The position numbers and the translations under genes were made by a program. A DNA stretch of 64,000 bases from Owenia fusiformis (Eukaryota), in NCBI GenBank assembly GCA_903813345.2, contig CAIIXF020000001.1, positions 40,052,001 to 40,116,000 on the forward strand, written 5' to 3'. This document shows, piece after piece, positions 63,570 through 64,000 of the stretch (position 1 is the first letter of the stretch; each line of letters starts with the position of its first letter). A model generated the notes under the pieces. The model searched no databases, was not told where the DNA came from, and worked only from the letters and a program-made list of their open reading frames with translations.

Positions 63570-64000
63570 CTGAAAAACAGGGCACAGATTATATATTTGA
63601 CATGAACTATATCACTGACATCTAGGCAGTGCCACCTATTACATAAAGGGTTGAAAATTCAAATCCAATGAAATCCAAACACGACACTGAAGGCAGTATT
63701 CTGAGGTTATAAAATCTAAATCTAAATAATTTCCCATTTGTAGCCCCTTGGAGATTTCTGGAATTGAACAAAGCCACTTTATGTGTAGTGTTTTCATTTA
63801 GGAGGCGGTCTTGTTTGAATGCATCATTTCAGGTCTTTATGAATCAATAGATCAATAAGCAGACTAAGAATTCAAATTTAGCAGTTTTGTTCGTGTCGTA
63901 CTAGGCCTGTTAGGCACGAAAAACAATTTAGCAGTTTCGTTCATTGAGTAATTGGGCCTTCTATAATCAGTAGCAAATGCTCGCAAAATATTTTCAAAAA

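Overview
AT-rich, intron-rich animal genomic DNA; gene content suggests a non-vertebrate bilaterian, possibly a lophotrochozoan (inference). I could reconstruct five protein-coding genes by hand from splice sites: two tandem paralogues encoding secreted Cys-rich (ChtBD2-like) + LamG/ConA-like proteins (+; 1015-2810 partial, 3478-7492 complete), a two-coding-exon vesicular GABA/glycine transporter VIAAT/SLC32A1 (+; 14574-24273), a five-exon R-spondin (-; 44638-29511) and eIF3e (-; exon 1 beyond the window, stop at 50024). The most unusual feature is two oppositely oriented tandem arrays (about 200-bp unit) of elongator tRNA-Met(CAT) genes that carry canonical-position 37/38 introns (19 nt in one array, 26 nt in the other). 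They bracket the first coding exon of VIAAT, and an orphan perfect 3' tRNA exon lies further downstream. Other notable points: the eIF3e-to-Rspo head-to-tail order mirrors vertebrate EIF3E-RSPO2; an eIF3e 3' splice site plus exon start is triplicated; a 4.6-kb 43-bp satellite with a 945-bp higher-order duplication fills part of Rspo intron 1; and there are many MITEs/foldbacks, including an ~80-bp element with 9-bp TSDs present three times. All coordinates were read by eye and no database searches were run.
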